Shown here: positions 8,542-17,865 of the stretch, one piece after another
Layout: each line of letters begins with the position of its first letter
Numbering within the stretch: position 1 is the first letter of the stretch
Source of the DNA: an uncultured Clostridia bacterium
Lineage (GTDB): Bacteria; Bacillota; Clostridia; TANB77; CAG-508
DNA length: 61,578 bases
Reading direction: 5' to 3'
Assembly (NCBI GenBank): GCA_944388705.1
Contig: CALXJU010000004.1
Span: 1 to 61,578 of the forward strand
Translations under genes and position numbers: made by a program
The notes under the pieces: generated by a model
Database searches by the model: none
What the model was told of the DNA's origin: nothing
What the model saw: only the letters and a program-made list of their open reading frames with translations

Positions 8542-9828
8542 ATGATAGATATTAGGTTAGTTAGAGATAATCCTGAATTGGTTAAAGAAAATATTAGAAA
8601 AAAATTTCAGGATCACAAACTAGTTTTAGTTGATGAAGTTTTAGAGTTAGACAAAAAAAATAGAGAAGCAAAATTAAATGGTGATAATCTTAGAGCTGAT
8701 AGAAAAAAACTAAGCGAGCAAGTTGGACAACTTATGAAAGCAGGAAAAAAAGAAGAAGCGGAAAAAATCAGACAAGAAGTACAAAAAATTAATGATGCTC
8801 TTGAAGAAAACGAAGAATTAGAAGAAAAATATTCTGAAGAAATTAAATCAAGGATGATGAAGATCCCAAATATTATGGATCCTTTTGTTCCTATTGGAAA
8901 AGATGACAGTGAAAATGTTGAGGTTAAAAGATATGGCGAACCAGTTGTTCCAGATTATGAAATTCCATATCATGCTGATATTTTAAATACATTCAATGGA
9001 TTAGATAAAGAAAGCGCTGGTAGGACAAGTGGTGTAGGATTCTATTACTTAATTGGTGATATTGCTAGATTACATGAAGCAATGCTTGCTTATGCTAGAG
9101 ATTATATGATTGATAATGGATTTACTTATTGTATCCCACCATTTATGATTCGTTCTGATGTTGTTACAGGTGTAATGAGTTTTGAAGAAATGGATGCAAT
9201 GATGTATAAAATTGAAGGAGAAGATTTATTCTTAATTGGTACTTCTGAACATTCTATGATTGGAAAATTTAAAGACCAAATTATAAAAAAAGATGAATTA
9301 CCAATTTGTATGACTTCTTATTCTCCATGTTTTAGAAAAGAAATTGGTTCTCATGGATTAGAAGAAAGAGGTTTATATCGTGTTCATCAATTTGAAAAAC
9401 AAGAAATGATTGTTCTTTGTGAACCAGAAGATTCTATGAATTGGTATAATAAAATGAAAGATTTAAGTATTAAATTATTTAGAAACTTTAATGTTCCAGT
9501 TAGACAATTAGATTGTTGTTCTGGAGATTTAGCAGATTTAAAGGTTAAATCTTGTGATATTGAAGCTTGGAGTCCTAGACAGAAAAAATATTTTGAAGTT
9601 TGTAGTTGTTCTACCTTAGGTGATGCTCAAGCAAGACGTTTAGGGATTCGTGTTAAAGGAGAAAAAGGTAATTACTTTTTACATACTTTAAATAATACTG
9701 TTGTTGCTTCTCCTAGAGGATTAATTGCAGTAATTGAAAATAATTATAATGAAGATGGAAGTATTACTGTACCAGAAGTTTTAAGACCTTATATGGGTGG
9801 AAAAGAAAAGTTAATCCCTACAAAATAA
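8542..9828 (+). CDS. serS: seryl-tRNA synthetase
   Basis: 428 aa with an N-terminal coiled-coil arm and a class II core (FRKEIGSHGLEERGLYRVHQFEKQE; LNNTVVASPR). Confidence 0.93.
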   Translation: MIDIRLVRDNPELVKENIRKKFQDHKLVLVDEVLELDKKNREAKLNGDNLRADRKKLSEQVGQLMKAGKKEEAEKIRQEVQKINDALEENEELEEKYSEEIKSRMMKIPNIMDPFVPIGKDDSENVEVKRYGEPVVPDYEIPYHADILNTFNGLDKESAGRTSGVGFYYLIGDIARLHEAMLAYARDYMIDNGFTYCIPPFMIRSDVVTGVMSFEEMDAMMYKIEGEDLFLIGTSEHSMIGKFKDQIIKKDELPICMTSYSPCFRKEIGSHGLEERGLYRVHQFEKQEMIVLCEPEDSMNWYNKMKDLSIKLFRNFNVPVRQLDCCSGDLADLKVKSCDIEAWSPRQKKYFEVCSCSTLGDAQARRLGIRVKGEKGNYFLHTLNNTVVASPRGLIAVIENNYNEDGSITVPEVLRPYMGGKEKLIPTK

Positions 9829-9837
9829 TCTATAATA

Positions 9838-9862
9838 AAAGTCCTTTTTAAGGGCTTTTTAT
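9838..9862 (+). terminator. intrinsic terminator after serS
   Basis: AAAGTCCTT/AAGGGCTTT stem with one G-U pair, then TTTTT. Confidence 0.55.
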
Positions 9863-9890
9863 TGATTTTGAGCCTTTTTTGTGTTATAAT
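9862..9890 (+). promoter_or_regulatory. sigma-A promoter for purA
   Basis: TTGATT-17 nt-TATAAT. Confidence 0.55.
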
Positions 9891-9959
9891 TTCGGCGTAA
9901 GTTTTTATGGTAACTTGTTTTTTTAAGTAACTATTACATAAAAAAAGAAAGGAGATTTT

Positions 9960-11261
9960 ATGATAACAGCTATTGTTGGTTGTAAATGGGGCGACGAAGG
10001 AAAAGGAAAAGTTGCTTCATATTATGCCAAAGATGCGCAACTTGTATTGCGGACAACAGGAGGAAACAATGCCGGACATACAGTAATCTATAATGGTAAA
10101 ACATTACCATTACATTTAGTACCTGGTGGAATTACTTATCCACAGACTACTTGTATTATTGGTCCTGGTGTAGTAATTGATCCTGCAGTTTTGCTTGATG
10201 AAATTCAGATGCTCAAAGAATACAATATTCCTGATTTTGACGAAAGACTCAAAATCAGCGGAAGGGCTCATGTAATTTTTCCTTATCACAAGGACTTGGA
10301 TGAATTACATGAAAAGTTAAAGAAGCATCCCGTTGGAACTACAAAACGCGGAATAGGTCCAACATATTCTGATAAAGATAACAGAATTGGAATCAGAATA
10401 TATGACCTGCTGTTAGAAGAAACTCAGCTTCGTGAAAAAATCGAAGAAGCTACAATTCTTCACAACCAGAATTTTGCTAACAATGGCATGGCTGACTGTG
10501 TAGTTGACCCAGCTATGTTAGCACATCAATATCATGAATATGGTGAGAGATTAAGGCAGTATATAACAGATATTAATCCCATCATCGCCAATGCTCTTGA
10601 TAATGATGACAAAATTGTTGTAGAAGGTGCTCAGGCATTCAGATTGGATATTGACCATGGAGATTACCCCATGTGTACAAGTTCCAATTGTTCAACATCT
10701 GGTGCACTTTGTGGCGGAGCTTTACCTCCCAATTCTTCAATTGAAGTTATTGGAATTGATAAAGCTTATAACAGCAGAGTAGGAAATGGCCCATTCCCCA
10801 CCAAACAGTCTGGTTCTGTTGCAGATACAATTCGTGAATTAGGTCACGAATATGGTACTACAACCAAACGCCCGCGTGATTGTGGTTGGTACGATTGTTG
10901 TATTAGCAACTCCGCCAAACACATTTTGGGAGTAAATTATCTATGTATCAACCATCTTGATACAATCGGATTAATCGGAAAGAAATTAGGATATATAAAA
11001 ATTTGTGTATCCTACAATTATCAGGGTAAAGTTATAGATTATTATCCTGATGATATCTCTCTTACCGGTGAAGTACCAACTCCTATATATGAGGTTTTAT
11101 CTGGCGGATGGGAAATTGATTCATCATGTAAAACATATGAACAACTTCCCGAATTGGCCAAAAAGTTCATCAGAATTATTGAGAAAAGCTCTCATATTCC
11201 GGTGAAATTCTTAGGAACTGGACCAGCAAATGATGATCTTATCATAAGAGAAGACATCTAA
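9960..11261 (+). CDS. purA: adenylosuccinate synthetase
   Basis: 433 aa with GCKWGDEGKGK P-loop, GGNNAGHTV and GTTKRGIGPTYSDK motifs. GC content is clearly higher than in the neighbouring genes. Confidence 0.9.
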   Translation: MITAIVGCKWGDEGKGKVASYYAKDAQLVLRTTGGNNAGHTVIYNGKTLPLHLVPGGITYPQTTCIIGPGVVIDPAVLLDEIQMLKEYNIPDFDERLKISGRAHVIFPYHKDLDELHEKLKKHPVGTTKRGIGPTYSDKDNRIGIRIYDLLLEETQLREKIEEATILHNQNFANNGMADCVVDPAMLAHQYHEYGERLRQYITDINPIIANALDNDDKIVVEGAQAFRLDIDHGDYPMCTSSNCSTSGALCGGALPPNSSIEVIGIDKAYNSRVGNGPFPTKQSGSVADTIRELGHEYGTTTKRPRDCGWYDCCISNSAKHILGVNYLCINHLDTIGLIGKKLGYIKICVSYNYQGKVIDYYPDDISLTGEVPTPIYEVLSGGWEIDSSCKTYEQLPELAKKFIRIIEKSSHIPVKFLGTGPANDDLIIREDI

Positions 11262-11309
11262 AAATTTTGCAACTATAGTTGTTACCATCAATAAACTTAC
11301 AAGTTACAC

Positions 11310-11352
11310 AAGGAAAGCTTTTCTAATTTTAATATTAGAAATAGCTTTCCTT
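11310..11352 (+). terminator. long hairpin after purA
   Basis: AAGGAAAGCTTTTCTAAT/ATTAGAAATAGCTTTCCTT with one bulge; weak T-tail. Confidence 0.5.
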
Positions 11353-11416
11353 TAATATTGATAATTTTATTTTTTTATAGTATAATATTAACATAATTTA
11401 TATAAAGGAGAATTTT

Positions 11417-12001
11417 ATGATAGTTAAAAACCCTATTTTCGAAGTTTCAGCAGTTAGAGAAAATCAATATCCAAAAAATGGTTTACCAGAAATCGTTTTA
11501 GTTGGAAAATCTAATGTTGGAAAATCAAGTTTTATAAATACAATGCTCAATAGAAAAAAATTAGCAAGAACTAGTAGTGAACCAGGCAAAACTCGTCAAC
11601 TTAATTTTTATAATATTGACAACTTATTTTATTTTGTAGACTTACCTGGTTATGGTTATAGTAAAATGTCTAAACAAGAACAACTTAAGGTTGGAAATTT
11701 TATAGAATATTATTTAAAAAATAGACAAGAAATTTGCTTAATTATCTTTTTAGTTGATATTAGACATGACCCTACTTCAAATGATTTTTTAATGTATGAT
11801 TATGTTATTAGAAGTGGTCTGCCTTGTATGATTTTAGCTAATAAGGCTGATAAAATTGCTAAAACTAAGGTAGATGATTATGTTAAAAATATTCAAAAAC
11901 AACTTAACCCAATTGGAGATATAACTACTCTTCCATTTTCTTCTGAAAGAAAAGTTTATAGTGACGAAGTCTGGAAAATAATTGAAAAACATATTATATA
12001 A
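11417..12001 (+). CDS. engB: ribosome biogenesis GTPase YsxC/EngB
   Basis: G1 GKSNVGKSS, G3 DLPGYG, G4 NKADK; 194 aa. Confidence 0.9.
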   Translation: MIVKNPIFEVSAVRENQYPKNGLPEIVLVGKSNVGKSSFINTMLNRKKLARTSSEPGKTRQLNFYNIDNLFYFVDLPGYGYSKMSKQEQLKVGNFIEYYLKNRQEICLIIFLVDIRHDPTSNDFLMYDYVIRSGLPCMILANKADKIAKTKVDDYVKNIQKQLNPIGDITTLPFSSERKVYSDEVWKIIEKHII

Positions 12002-12196
12002 GCTTAGAGATAAATATATAAAAAACATTACAACATTTTGGATAAGCTAAGATTTTCGAAGAAATTATAAATAAAAACGATGAGCCGCTTTCAATATGAA
12101 ATTGAACATCCCTCATCGTTTTTAATTAATAATTTCTATCTCAAACCTTAGATATACAAAATGTTTTCATTTATTTTATATATTTATCACTAAGCT
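12001..12196. repeat. 196-bp imperfect palindrome filling the whole engB/DUF951 convergent intergenic region
   Basis: Left arm AGCTTAGAGATAAATATATAAAA... and the reverse complement of the right arm, AGCTTAGTGATAAATATATAAAA..., match at 22 of 23 outer positions and at roughly 70-75% over 84/85 nt. Confidence 0.8.
12073..12123. terminator. bidirectional terminator at the palindrome centre
   Basis: AAAAACGATGAG/CTCATCGTTTTT 12-bp stem with an inner TTCAAT/ATTGAA stem and A/T runs on both sides. Confidence 0.65.
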
Positions 12197-12373
12197 TTAT
12201 CTAATTTTTTTTGTAATTATTTTCAATGCCTTAGGTCTTTCTAGAACAACAATATGTCCACAACCTTGGCATTTTAATTTAAAATCAACACCAATTCTAG
12301 TAATTTCCCATAAGTTACTTCCACAAGGATGGGCTTTCTTTGTTTTTACTATATCACCTATTTGATAATCCAT
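12197..12373 (-). CDS. DUF951 family small protein (YyzM-like), 58 aa; absent from the ORF track
   Basis: Hand translation: MDYQIGDIVKTKKAHPCGSNLWEITRIGVDFKLKCQGCGHIVVLERPKALKIITKKIR. The HPCG...C-x2-C-x-H pattern is typical of DUF951. The ATG lies 1 nt after the gltX stop. Confidence 0.8.
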   Translation of the reverse strand: MDYQIGDIVKTKKAHPCGSNLWEITRIGVDFKLKCQGCGHIVVLERPKALKIITKKIR

Positions 12374-12374
12374 A

Positions 12375-14024
12375 CTATTTCTCCATTTCTTTTATGGCTT
12401 TTTGAAATCTATTAATTACATTTTCTTTTCCTAAAACTTTCATAATTTCATACATATCTGGTGTATTTGTTCTTCCTGTTAAAGCAACTCTAAGAACTGT
12501 GCTTACATCTCCGACATGTGCTTTATACATGTCTGGATTTGCTTTAAATTCTTTTACTTCTTTTGCATATCCCATTTCTCCAGCAAGTTCTTTAATTTTG
12601 TCAAACCATGTTTGCTTGTCATCATTTTCATCATAATATTTTTCTATATATAAATTTAATATTTTTTCTATACTTTCTTTATCTGAAATTACTTGATATG
12701 GATATTCTTCGAAATTGTCATCATACATATATTTTATATTTTGTTTTACTTCTGACCATTTTGAAATATCTTTTCTAGGTTTTTTATTTCCTCTTTCAAT
12801 TCCAAGAACTTTTAGTGAATATTCTTTATCTTTTAACATATCTACTAATTCTTTATCATATTTTTGAGCCCATTCTAAAGATTTTTCATAAACTTCTTCT
12901 GCTGTCATTTTTGATATTACTGTTTTTCCTATATCAAGTAATTTTACCATATCAAACAATGCTCCACTTACACTCATTTTATTTAATTGAAAATCAAATT
13001 CTTCGATTGGTTTATCTGGATTTGCTCTTCTCCAATTTTCAAATGTTGAATTAGCTATATTTAATAAATATTCTTTTACAGCATTTACCGGTATTCCTTC
13101 TTCTTTATAATATGATACTGCCGCTTCTGGGTCTTTTCTTTTACTTAATTTACGTTTGTTTCCATTATCATTTTTCATGATTGGTGATATATGTGCATAT
13201 TTTGGTGCCTTAAATCCTAATTCATGGAATAATTGTAAATGTAATGGTACAGACGATAACCATTCATCACTTCTTATTACATGTGTTGTTCTCATCAAAT
13301 GGTCATCAACAGCATGTGCGAAATGATATGTAGGCAATCCATCAGCTTTTATTATTACTATATCTTGGTCATTTTCTGGAAAATCTACATTTCCTTTTAT
13401 TACATCTTTATGTTTTATTTTTCTATCTTCTCTTCCTGGTGATTTAAATCTAATTATATAGTTTTCACCATTTTTTATTTTTTCTGCCATTTCTTCTACT
13501 GTTAAATTTCTACATTTTGCCCATACTCCATAATATCCTGGTCTTATTTTAGCATTTTCTTGTTTTACTCTTCTTTCTTCATCATCTTCTGGAGTACAGA
13601 AACATGGATATGCTTTTCCTTGTTCTAATAAATATTTTGCATATGCCTGATATATTTCTTTTCTTAATGATTGTTTATATGGTCCATATTTTCCTATTTC
13701 CTCTGTATCTGATATCATTCCTTCATCTGGTGCCATATCGAAATCTTTTAATGAGTTTACAATATCTGTTACTCCATTTTCTATTTCTCTTTTTTGATCT
13801 GTATCTTCTATTCTTAAGAAAAATACTCCTCCTGTTTTTCTTGAAGCTTCTATTGCTACTAATGCTTGATATAAGCCTCCTATATGTACAAATCCAGTAG
13901 GACTTGGAGCAAATCTTGATACGATTGCTCCCTCTGGTAAGTTTCTCTCTGGATATTTTTCTTCATAATATGATATTTCCTTTGCATCTGGAAATATTAA
14001 ATCAGCCAACTCTTTATAATTCAT
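12375..14024 (-). CDS. gltX: glutamyl-tRNA synthetase
   Basis: Class I motifs PSPTGFVHIGG (HIGH) and KLSKRK (KMSKS), plus RIEDTD. Confidence 0.9.
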   Translation of the reverse strand: MNYKELADLIFPDAKEISYYEEKYPERNLPEGAIVSRFAPSPTGFVHIGGLYQALVAIEASRKTGGVFFLRIEDTDQKREIENGVTDIVNSLKDFDMAPDEGMISDTEEIGKYGPYKQSLRKEIYQAYAKYLLEQGKAYPCFCTPEDDEERRVKQENAKIRPGYYGVWAKCRNLTVEEMAEKIKNGENYIIRFKSPGREDRKIKHKDVIKGNVDFPENDQDIVIIKADGLPTYHFAHAVDDHLMRTTHVIRSDEWLSSVPLHLQLFHELGFKAPKYAHISPIMKNDNGNKRKLSKRKDPEAAVSYYKEEGIPVNAVKEYLLNIANSTFENWRRANPDKPIEEFDFQLNKMSVSGALFDMVKLLDIGKTVISKMTAEEVYEKSLEWAQKYDKELVDMLKDKEYSLKVLGIERGNKKPRKDISKWSEVKQNIKYMYDDNFEEYPYQVISDKESIEKILNLYIEKYYDENDDKQTWFDKIKELAGEMGYAKEVKEFKANPDMYKAHVGDVSTVLRVALTGRTNTPDMYEIMKVLGKENVINRFQKAIKEMEK

Positions 14025-14054
14025 ATTTTATCCCTCTCTATCTTCTATTATTTT

Positions 14055-15848
14055 TTATACTTCCATTATAATTGGTATAATCATAGGATTTCTCTTTGTT
14101 TTAATAAATAAGTAATCTCTTAGGTTTTCTTTTACTGCTGATTTTATTGTTGCCCAATCACGAACTCCTCTTTCTTCACAAAGTGATATTTCATGTCTTA
14201 CAACACTTTTTACATCATCCATTAGATTTTCTGATTCTCTAACATATACAAAACCTCTTGATATTACGTCTGGTCCTGCTACTACTTCCCCTGTTTGTGA
14301 ATCCATTGTTAATACAATTATTATTAATCCATCTTGTGCTAAATGTTGTCTGTCTCTTAATACAATGTTTCCTACATCTCCAACTCCAAGACCATCTACT
14401 AATACTTTTCCACTTGGTACTGTTGTTGTGAATTTAGCTTCATATTCATTCATTTCTAGTACTCTTCCATTTGTTAGCATAAATATATTATCTGGATTTA
14501 TTCCCATTGATTGAGCTGTCTCACTGTGTGCTCTTAATTGTCTATATTCACCATGTACTGGTATAAAGTATTTTGGTTTTGCTAATGCTAATATTAATTT
14601 TTGGTCTTCTTGACAAGCATGTCCTGATACATGTATATCAGCTAATGCACTATATACTACTTCTGCTCCTAATTGCATTAAATCATCTATTACTTTTGAT
14701 ACATATTTTTCATTTCCTGGTATTGGTGTTGCTGATATTATTATTAAGTCATTTGGTGTTATTTTTACTTTTCTATGGTCTCCTGCAGCCATTCTTGTTA
14801 ATGCTGACATTGGTTCTCCTTGACTTCCTGTTGTTATTATTACTAATTGTTCATCAGTATAACTTCCTATCATATCTATATCTATAAATATATTTTCTGG
14901 ACATTTTATATATCCTAGTTCAACTGATGTTTCAATTATGTTTATCATGCTTCTTCCACATACCGCTATTTTTCTTCCATATTTTACTGCTGAATTTACT
15001 ATTTGTTGAATTCTGTGTACATTTGATGCAAATGTTGCAACTACTATTCTTTTTTTACAATTTAAAAATAGTTTATCAAATACTTCTCCTACAGAACTTT
15101 CTGACATTGTAGAACCTTTTCTTTCAGAGTTTGTACTATCTGACATTAATGCCATTATTCCTTGTTTTCCTAATTCTGCTATTCTTGTAAAATCCATTAG
15201 TTGTCCATCTATTGGTGTATAATCTACTTTGAAGTCTCCTGTGTGTAATATTGTTCCTGCTGGTGTTGTTATTGCTAGCATAACTGAATCAGGTATACTA
15301 TGTGAACTTCTTATAAATTCAATTTTAAAGTTATTTCCTAGTTGTATTGTTTCCCCTTGAGTTACTATATGCATTTCTGTACTTCTTAAAATTTTATGTT
15401 CTTCTAGTTTGTTGCTTATTAATCCTGCTGCTAATCTTGTTGCATATATTGGTGTATTTACTTGCTTTAAGAAATATGGTATTCCCCCTATATGATCTTC
15501 ATGTCCATGTGTTATTACTAATCCTTTTAATTTTTCCTGATTTTTTAATATATATGTTATGTCAGGTATTACTAAATCTATTCCTAACATGTCATCTTCT
15601 GGGAAAGATATACCACAATCTACTACTATCATTTCATCTTCATATTCAAATACTGTTATGTTTTTTCCTATTTCATGTAATCCTCCTAATGGGATTATTT
15701 TTACATTTGATTTTTTGAATATACTTCCTTCTGTTTTTTTACGATTTCTTTTTCTTCCTTGATTTTCTCCTTCTTTTTTGTGATTTCTTTTGTTTTGTGT
15801 TCTTTTTTCTTTTTTTACTTCTTCTTGATTTTTATTTTCCTCTGTCAT
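14055..15848 (-). CDS. rnj: ribonuclease J
   Basis: Metallo-beta-lactamase/beta-CASP protein with HGHEDHIGG; 597 aa with a Lys/Arg-rich N-terminal extension. Confidence 0.9.
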   Translation of the reverse strand: MTEENKNQEEVKKEKRTQNKRNHKKEGENQGRKRNRKKTEGSIFKKSNVKIIPLGGLHEIGKNITVFEYEDEMIVVDCGISFPEDDMLGIDLVIPDITYILKNQEKLKGLVITHGHEDHIGGIPYFLKQVNTPIYATRLAAGLISNKLEEHKILRSTEMHIVTQGETIQLGNNFKIEFIRSSHSIPDSVMLAITTPAGTILHTGDFKVDYTPIDGQLMDFTRIAELGKQGIMALMSDSTNSERKGSTMSESSVGEVFDKLFLNCKKRIVVATFASNVHRIQQIVNSAVKYGRKIAVCGRSMINIIETSVELGYIKCPENIFIDIDMIGSYTDEQLVIITTGSQGEPMSALTRMAAGDHRKVKITPNDLIIISATPIPGNEKYVSKVIDDLMQLGAEVVYSALADIHVSGHACQEDQKLILALAKPKYFIPVHGEYRQLRAHSETAQSMGINPDNIFMLTNGRVLEMNEYEAKFTTTVPSGKVLVDGLGVGDVGNIVLRDRQHLAQDGLIIIVLTMDSQTGEVVAGPDVISRGFVYVRESENLMDDVKSVVRHEISLCEERGVRDWATIKSAVKENLRDYLFIKTKRNPMIIPIIMEV

Positions 15849-16051
15849 TTTATATTTTCTCCTCTCTCTTTCTTTTTGTAAAATGTAATATTGTAATAAT
15901 TTTTTGTAAGGTTAAATAAACATGAACCACCGCTCTTTCATGTTTTTTATTTTTTATTTCGTTTTCCGCTCTTTTTATTATTAACTTTTTTTATCTCTTT
16001 AATACATTTTAACAAAATCTCATTTTTTGCCCTCTTGGCAATCTGTTAATT

Positions 16052-16080
16052 ATTATACCAATTTTTGTTTGATTTGTCAA
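16052..16080 (-). promoter_or_regulatory. sigma-A promoter for the rnj-gltX operon (about 200-nt leader)
   Basis: Minus strand TTGACA-17 nt-TATAAT. Confidence 0.6.
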
Positions 16081-16106
16081 TATTTCTTATTTCACTGCCT
16101 TTTTCA

Positions 16107-16135
16107 TTTACTATTTATGTAAATTATGTTATAAT
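16107..16135 (+). promoter_or_regulatory. candidate sigma-A promoter for purB
   Basis: TTTACT-17 nt-TATAAT. Confidence 0.4.
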
Positions 16136-16228
16136 ATTTCTGTCTCATTAACAAACTATTAAATTTCTAAAGATTTATCAACATGGAAAGGCAATAGTTA
16201 AATAACTTTTAGAAAGGGGAAATTATCA

Positions 16229-17455
16229 ATGGCAAGAGACAACAAAATTGACGCAACAACAACATTAAAGGAGGGATTGGCACTTTGTCCATTAGATGGG
16301 CGGTATTCTCAAATCAGTAAGGATCTTTCTCCGTACTTCTCTGAATATGCTCTGGTAAAAAACAGAGTAAGAGTTGAAGTACTGTGGTTATGCTTCTTGT
16401 TAAAGAATGTCAAAGGTTCTGAAATTTTGGATTCTTTTGACATCAAACGACTTCCGGAGATTATGACTATCTATGAGAATTTTTCTGGAGACTCTTATGT
16501 AAGAGTTAAAGAAATCGAGGCAGACACTAATCATGATGTAAAAGCGGTGGAACTGTTTGTTGCCGAAAAACTTAAAGAAATGGGGTTTGATAATCTTGTT
16601 AGTTTTGTGCATATTGGTTGCACATCAGAGGACATTTCAAATGTTTCTTATGCAACAATGATTTCAGGTGCACTTTTTGCTGTATGGATTCCTGCAGCTG
16701 AAAAACTGATTAATGAATTATCGACAATTGCTGTTTTTCATGCTCACACACCTATGCTTGCACACACTCATGGTCAGCCTGCAACACCAACTACTGTTGG
16801 AAAAGAACTTATGGTATATATATACCGCATGCGTAAATCTTTAGAAAACATTAAATCTATTAAGATTTATGCTAAGTTCAATGGTGCAACTGGTAACTAT
16901 GCAGCAATTTCTGTTGCATTTCCTAATGACAATTGGCAGGTACTTTCAAAGACTTTTATCCAAGATTATTTAGGATTGAATTTTAATCCTATTACAACTC
17001 AAATTGAAAGTCATGACTACATCTGTCACATTGCAGATGGTATTCGCCACTTTAACAATGTCCTTTTGGATTTTGATGTTGATATGTGGCTGTATATCAG
17101 TATGGAGTACTTTAAACAGTTGGTTGTCAGTACAGAGGTTGGTAGTAGCACCATGCCACACAAAGTCAATCCAATTAGATTCGAGAATAGCGAATCTAAT
17201 ATTGACATGTCTAATGCTATTTTTACAGCATTATCCAACAAGTTGCCGCGTTCTCGTATGCAACGTGATTTGTCTGATTCCTCTTCTCAGAGAAACAGAG
17301 GTAAAAACATCTCTAAAGAGGCAATTCATGATTTTATCAAATCTCTTGATATGCTTTCTGATGAAGATAAGTCTACACTTCTTAATTTGACTCCTTCAGA
17401 CTATGTAGGTCTTGCCAGCAAAATTATAGCTGACAATAGCAAAATTTTATTCTAA
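16229..17455 (+). CDS. purB: adenylosuccinate lyase (E. coli-type PurB) with an internal in-frame deletion of about 64 codons; possibly non-functional
   Basis: Aligns along recalled E. coli PurB (PLDGRYS, TNHDVKAVE, HTHGQPATPTT, GSSTMPHKVNPI, MQRDLSDS). It then jumps from ...QRN directly to RGKNISKEAIHDF..., skipping the LGVGIGY...KLKELT segment. Confidence 0.8.
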   Translation: MARDNKIDATTTLKEGLALCPLDGRYSQISKDLSPYFSEYALVKNRVRVEVLWLCFLLKNVKGSEILDSFDIKRLPEIMTIYENFSGDSYVRVKEIEADTNHDVKAVELFVAEKLKEMGFDNLVSFVHIGCTSEDISNVSYATMISGALFAVWIPAAEKLINELSTIAVFHAHTPMLAHTHGQPATPTTVGKELMVYIYRMRKSLENIKSIKIYAKFNGATGNYAAISVAFPNDNWQVLSKTFIQDYLGLNFNPITTQIESHDYICHIADGIRHFNNVLLDFDVDMWLYISMEYFKQLVVSTEVGSSTMPHKVNPIRFENSESNIDMSNAIFTALSNKLPRSRMQRDLSDSSSQRNRGKNISKEAIHDFIKSLDMLSDEDKSTLLNLTPSDYVGLASKIIADNSKILF

Positions 17456-17464
17456 TTAGAAAAT

Positions 17465-17505
17465 AGAGCTGTTTTCGTCATGGAAACAGCTCTTCCCCTT
17501 TATTT
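17465..17505 (+). terminator. intrinsic terminator after purB
   Basis: AGAGCTGTTT/AAACAGCTCT perfect 10-bp stem followed by a T-rich tail. Confidence 0.75.
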
Positions 17506-17559
17506 TATACAGATTTTATGCTATAATATATTATATATTATACCTAAGGAGGTTTTTGT

Positions 17560-17748
17560 ATGAAGTTTACAGTGACAATTCGGTATCCAAATGGAAAGAT
17601 AACAACTTATGAGAATGTTCCTGGATCATTACTAGAATATGGTGCTAGAACTAATTATTGCCGTTTTACAGATAAAGATGGCAAATCACATATTATTATT
17701 GGTGCCATCATAACTTGTGATGAGGAAACTTCAGAAGATGCATTTTGA
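17560..17748 (+). CDS. hypothetical small protein (62 aa)
   Basis: ORF with AAGGAGG RBS and its own GC-rich terminator. Confidence 0.5.
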   Translation: MKFTVTIRYPNGKITTYENVPGSLLEYGARTNYCRFTDKDGKSHIIIGAIITCDEETSEDAF

Positions 17749-17753
17749 TTGCA

Positions 17754-17791
17754 AAAACTGGTGTGCGTGGAAACACGCGCACCAGTTTTTT
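17754..17791 (+). terminator. intrinsic terminator
   Basis: CTGGTGTGCGTG/CACGCGCACCAG stem followed by TTTTTT. Confidence 0.8.
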
Positions 17792-17865
17792 ATTATAAAA
17801 ATCCACTAAGTGGTTGACGAATAAGATTTTAAAATAAACCAATTTACATGCCAAAGCAGTGTAGC

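Noticed and set aside
15918-15946. Hairpin AAACATGAA/TTCATGTTT with a T-run on the plus strand, inside the rnj leader.
   Set aside because: It is oriented as a terminator for the strand with no upstream gene, and on the rnj strand it lacks a T-run. It may be a leader structure, but function cannot be inferred from sequence alone.
17795-17815. GTGGTTGACG resembling the tRNA-Tyr 3' end region (GTGGTGGACA), as a possible att duplication marking an island border.
   Set aside because: Only 8 of 10 nt match and the similarity does not extend. This is within chance expectation.
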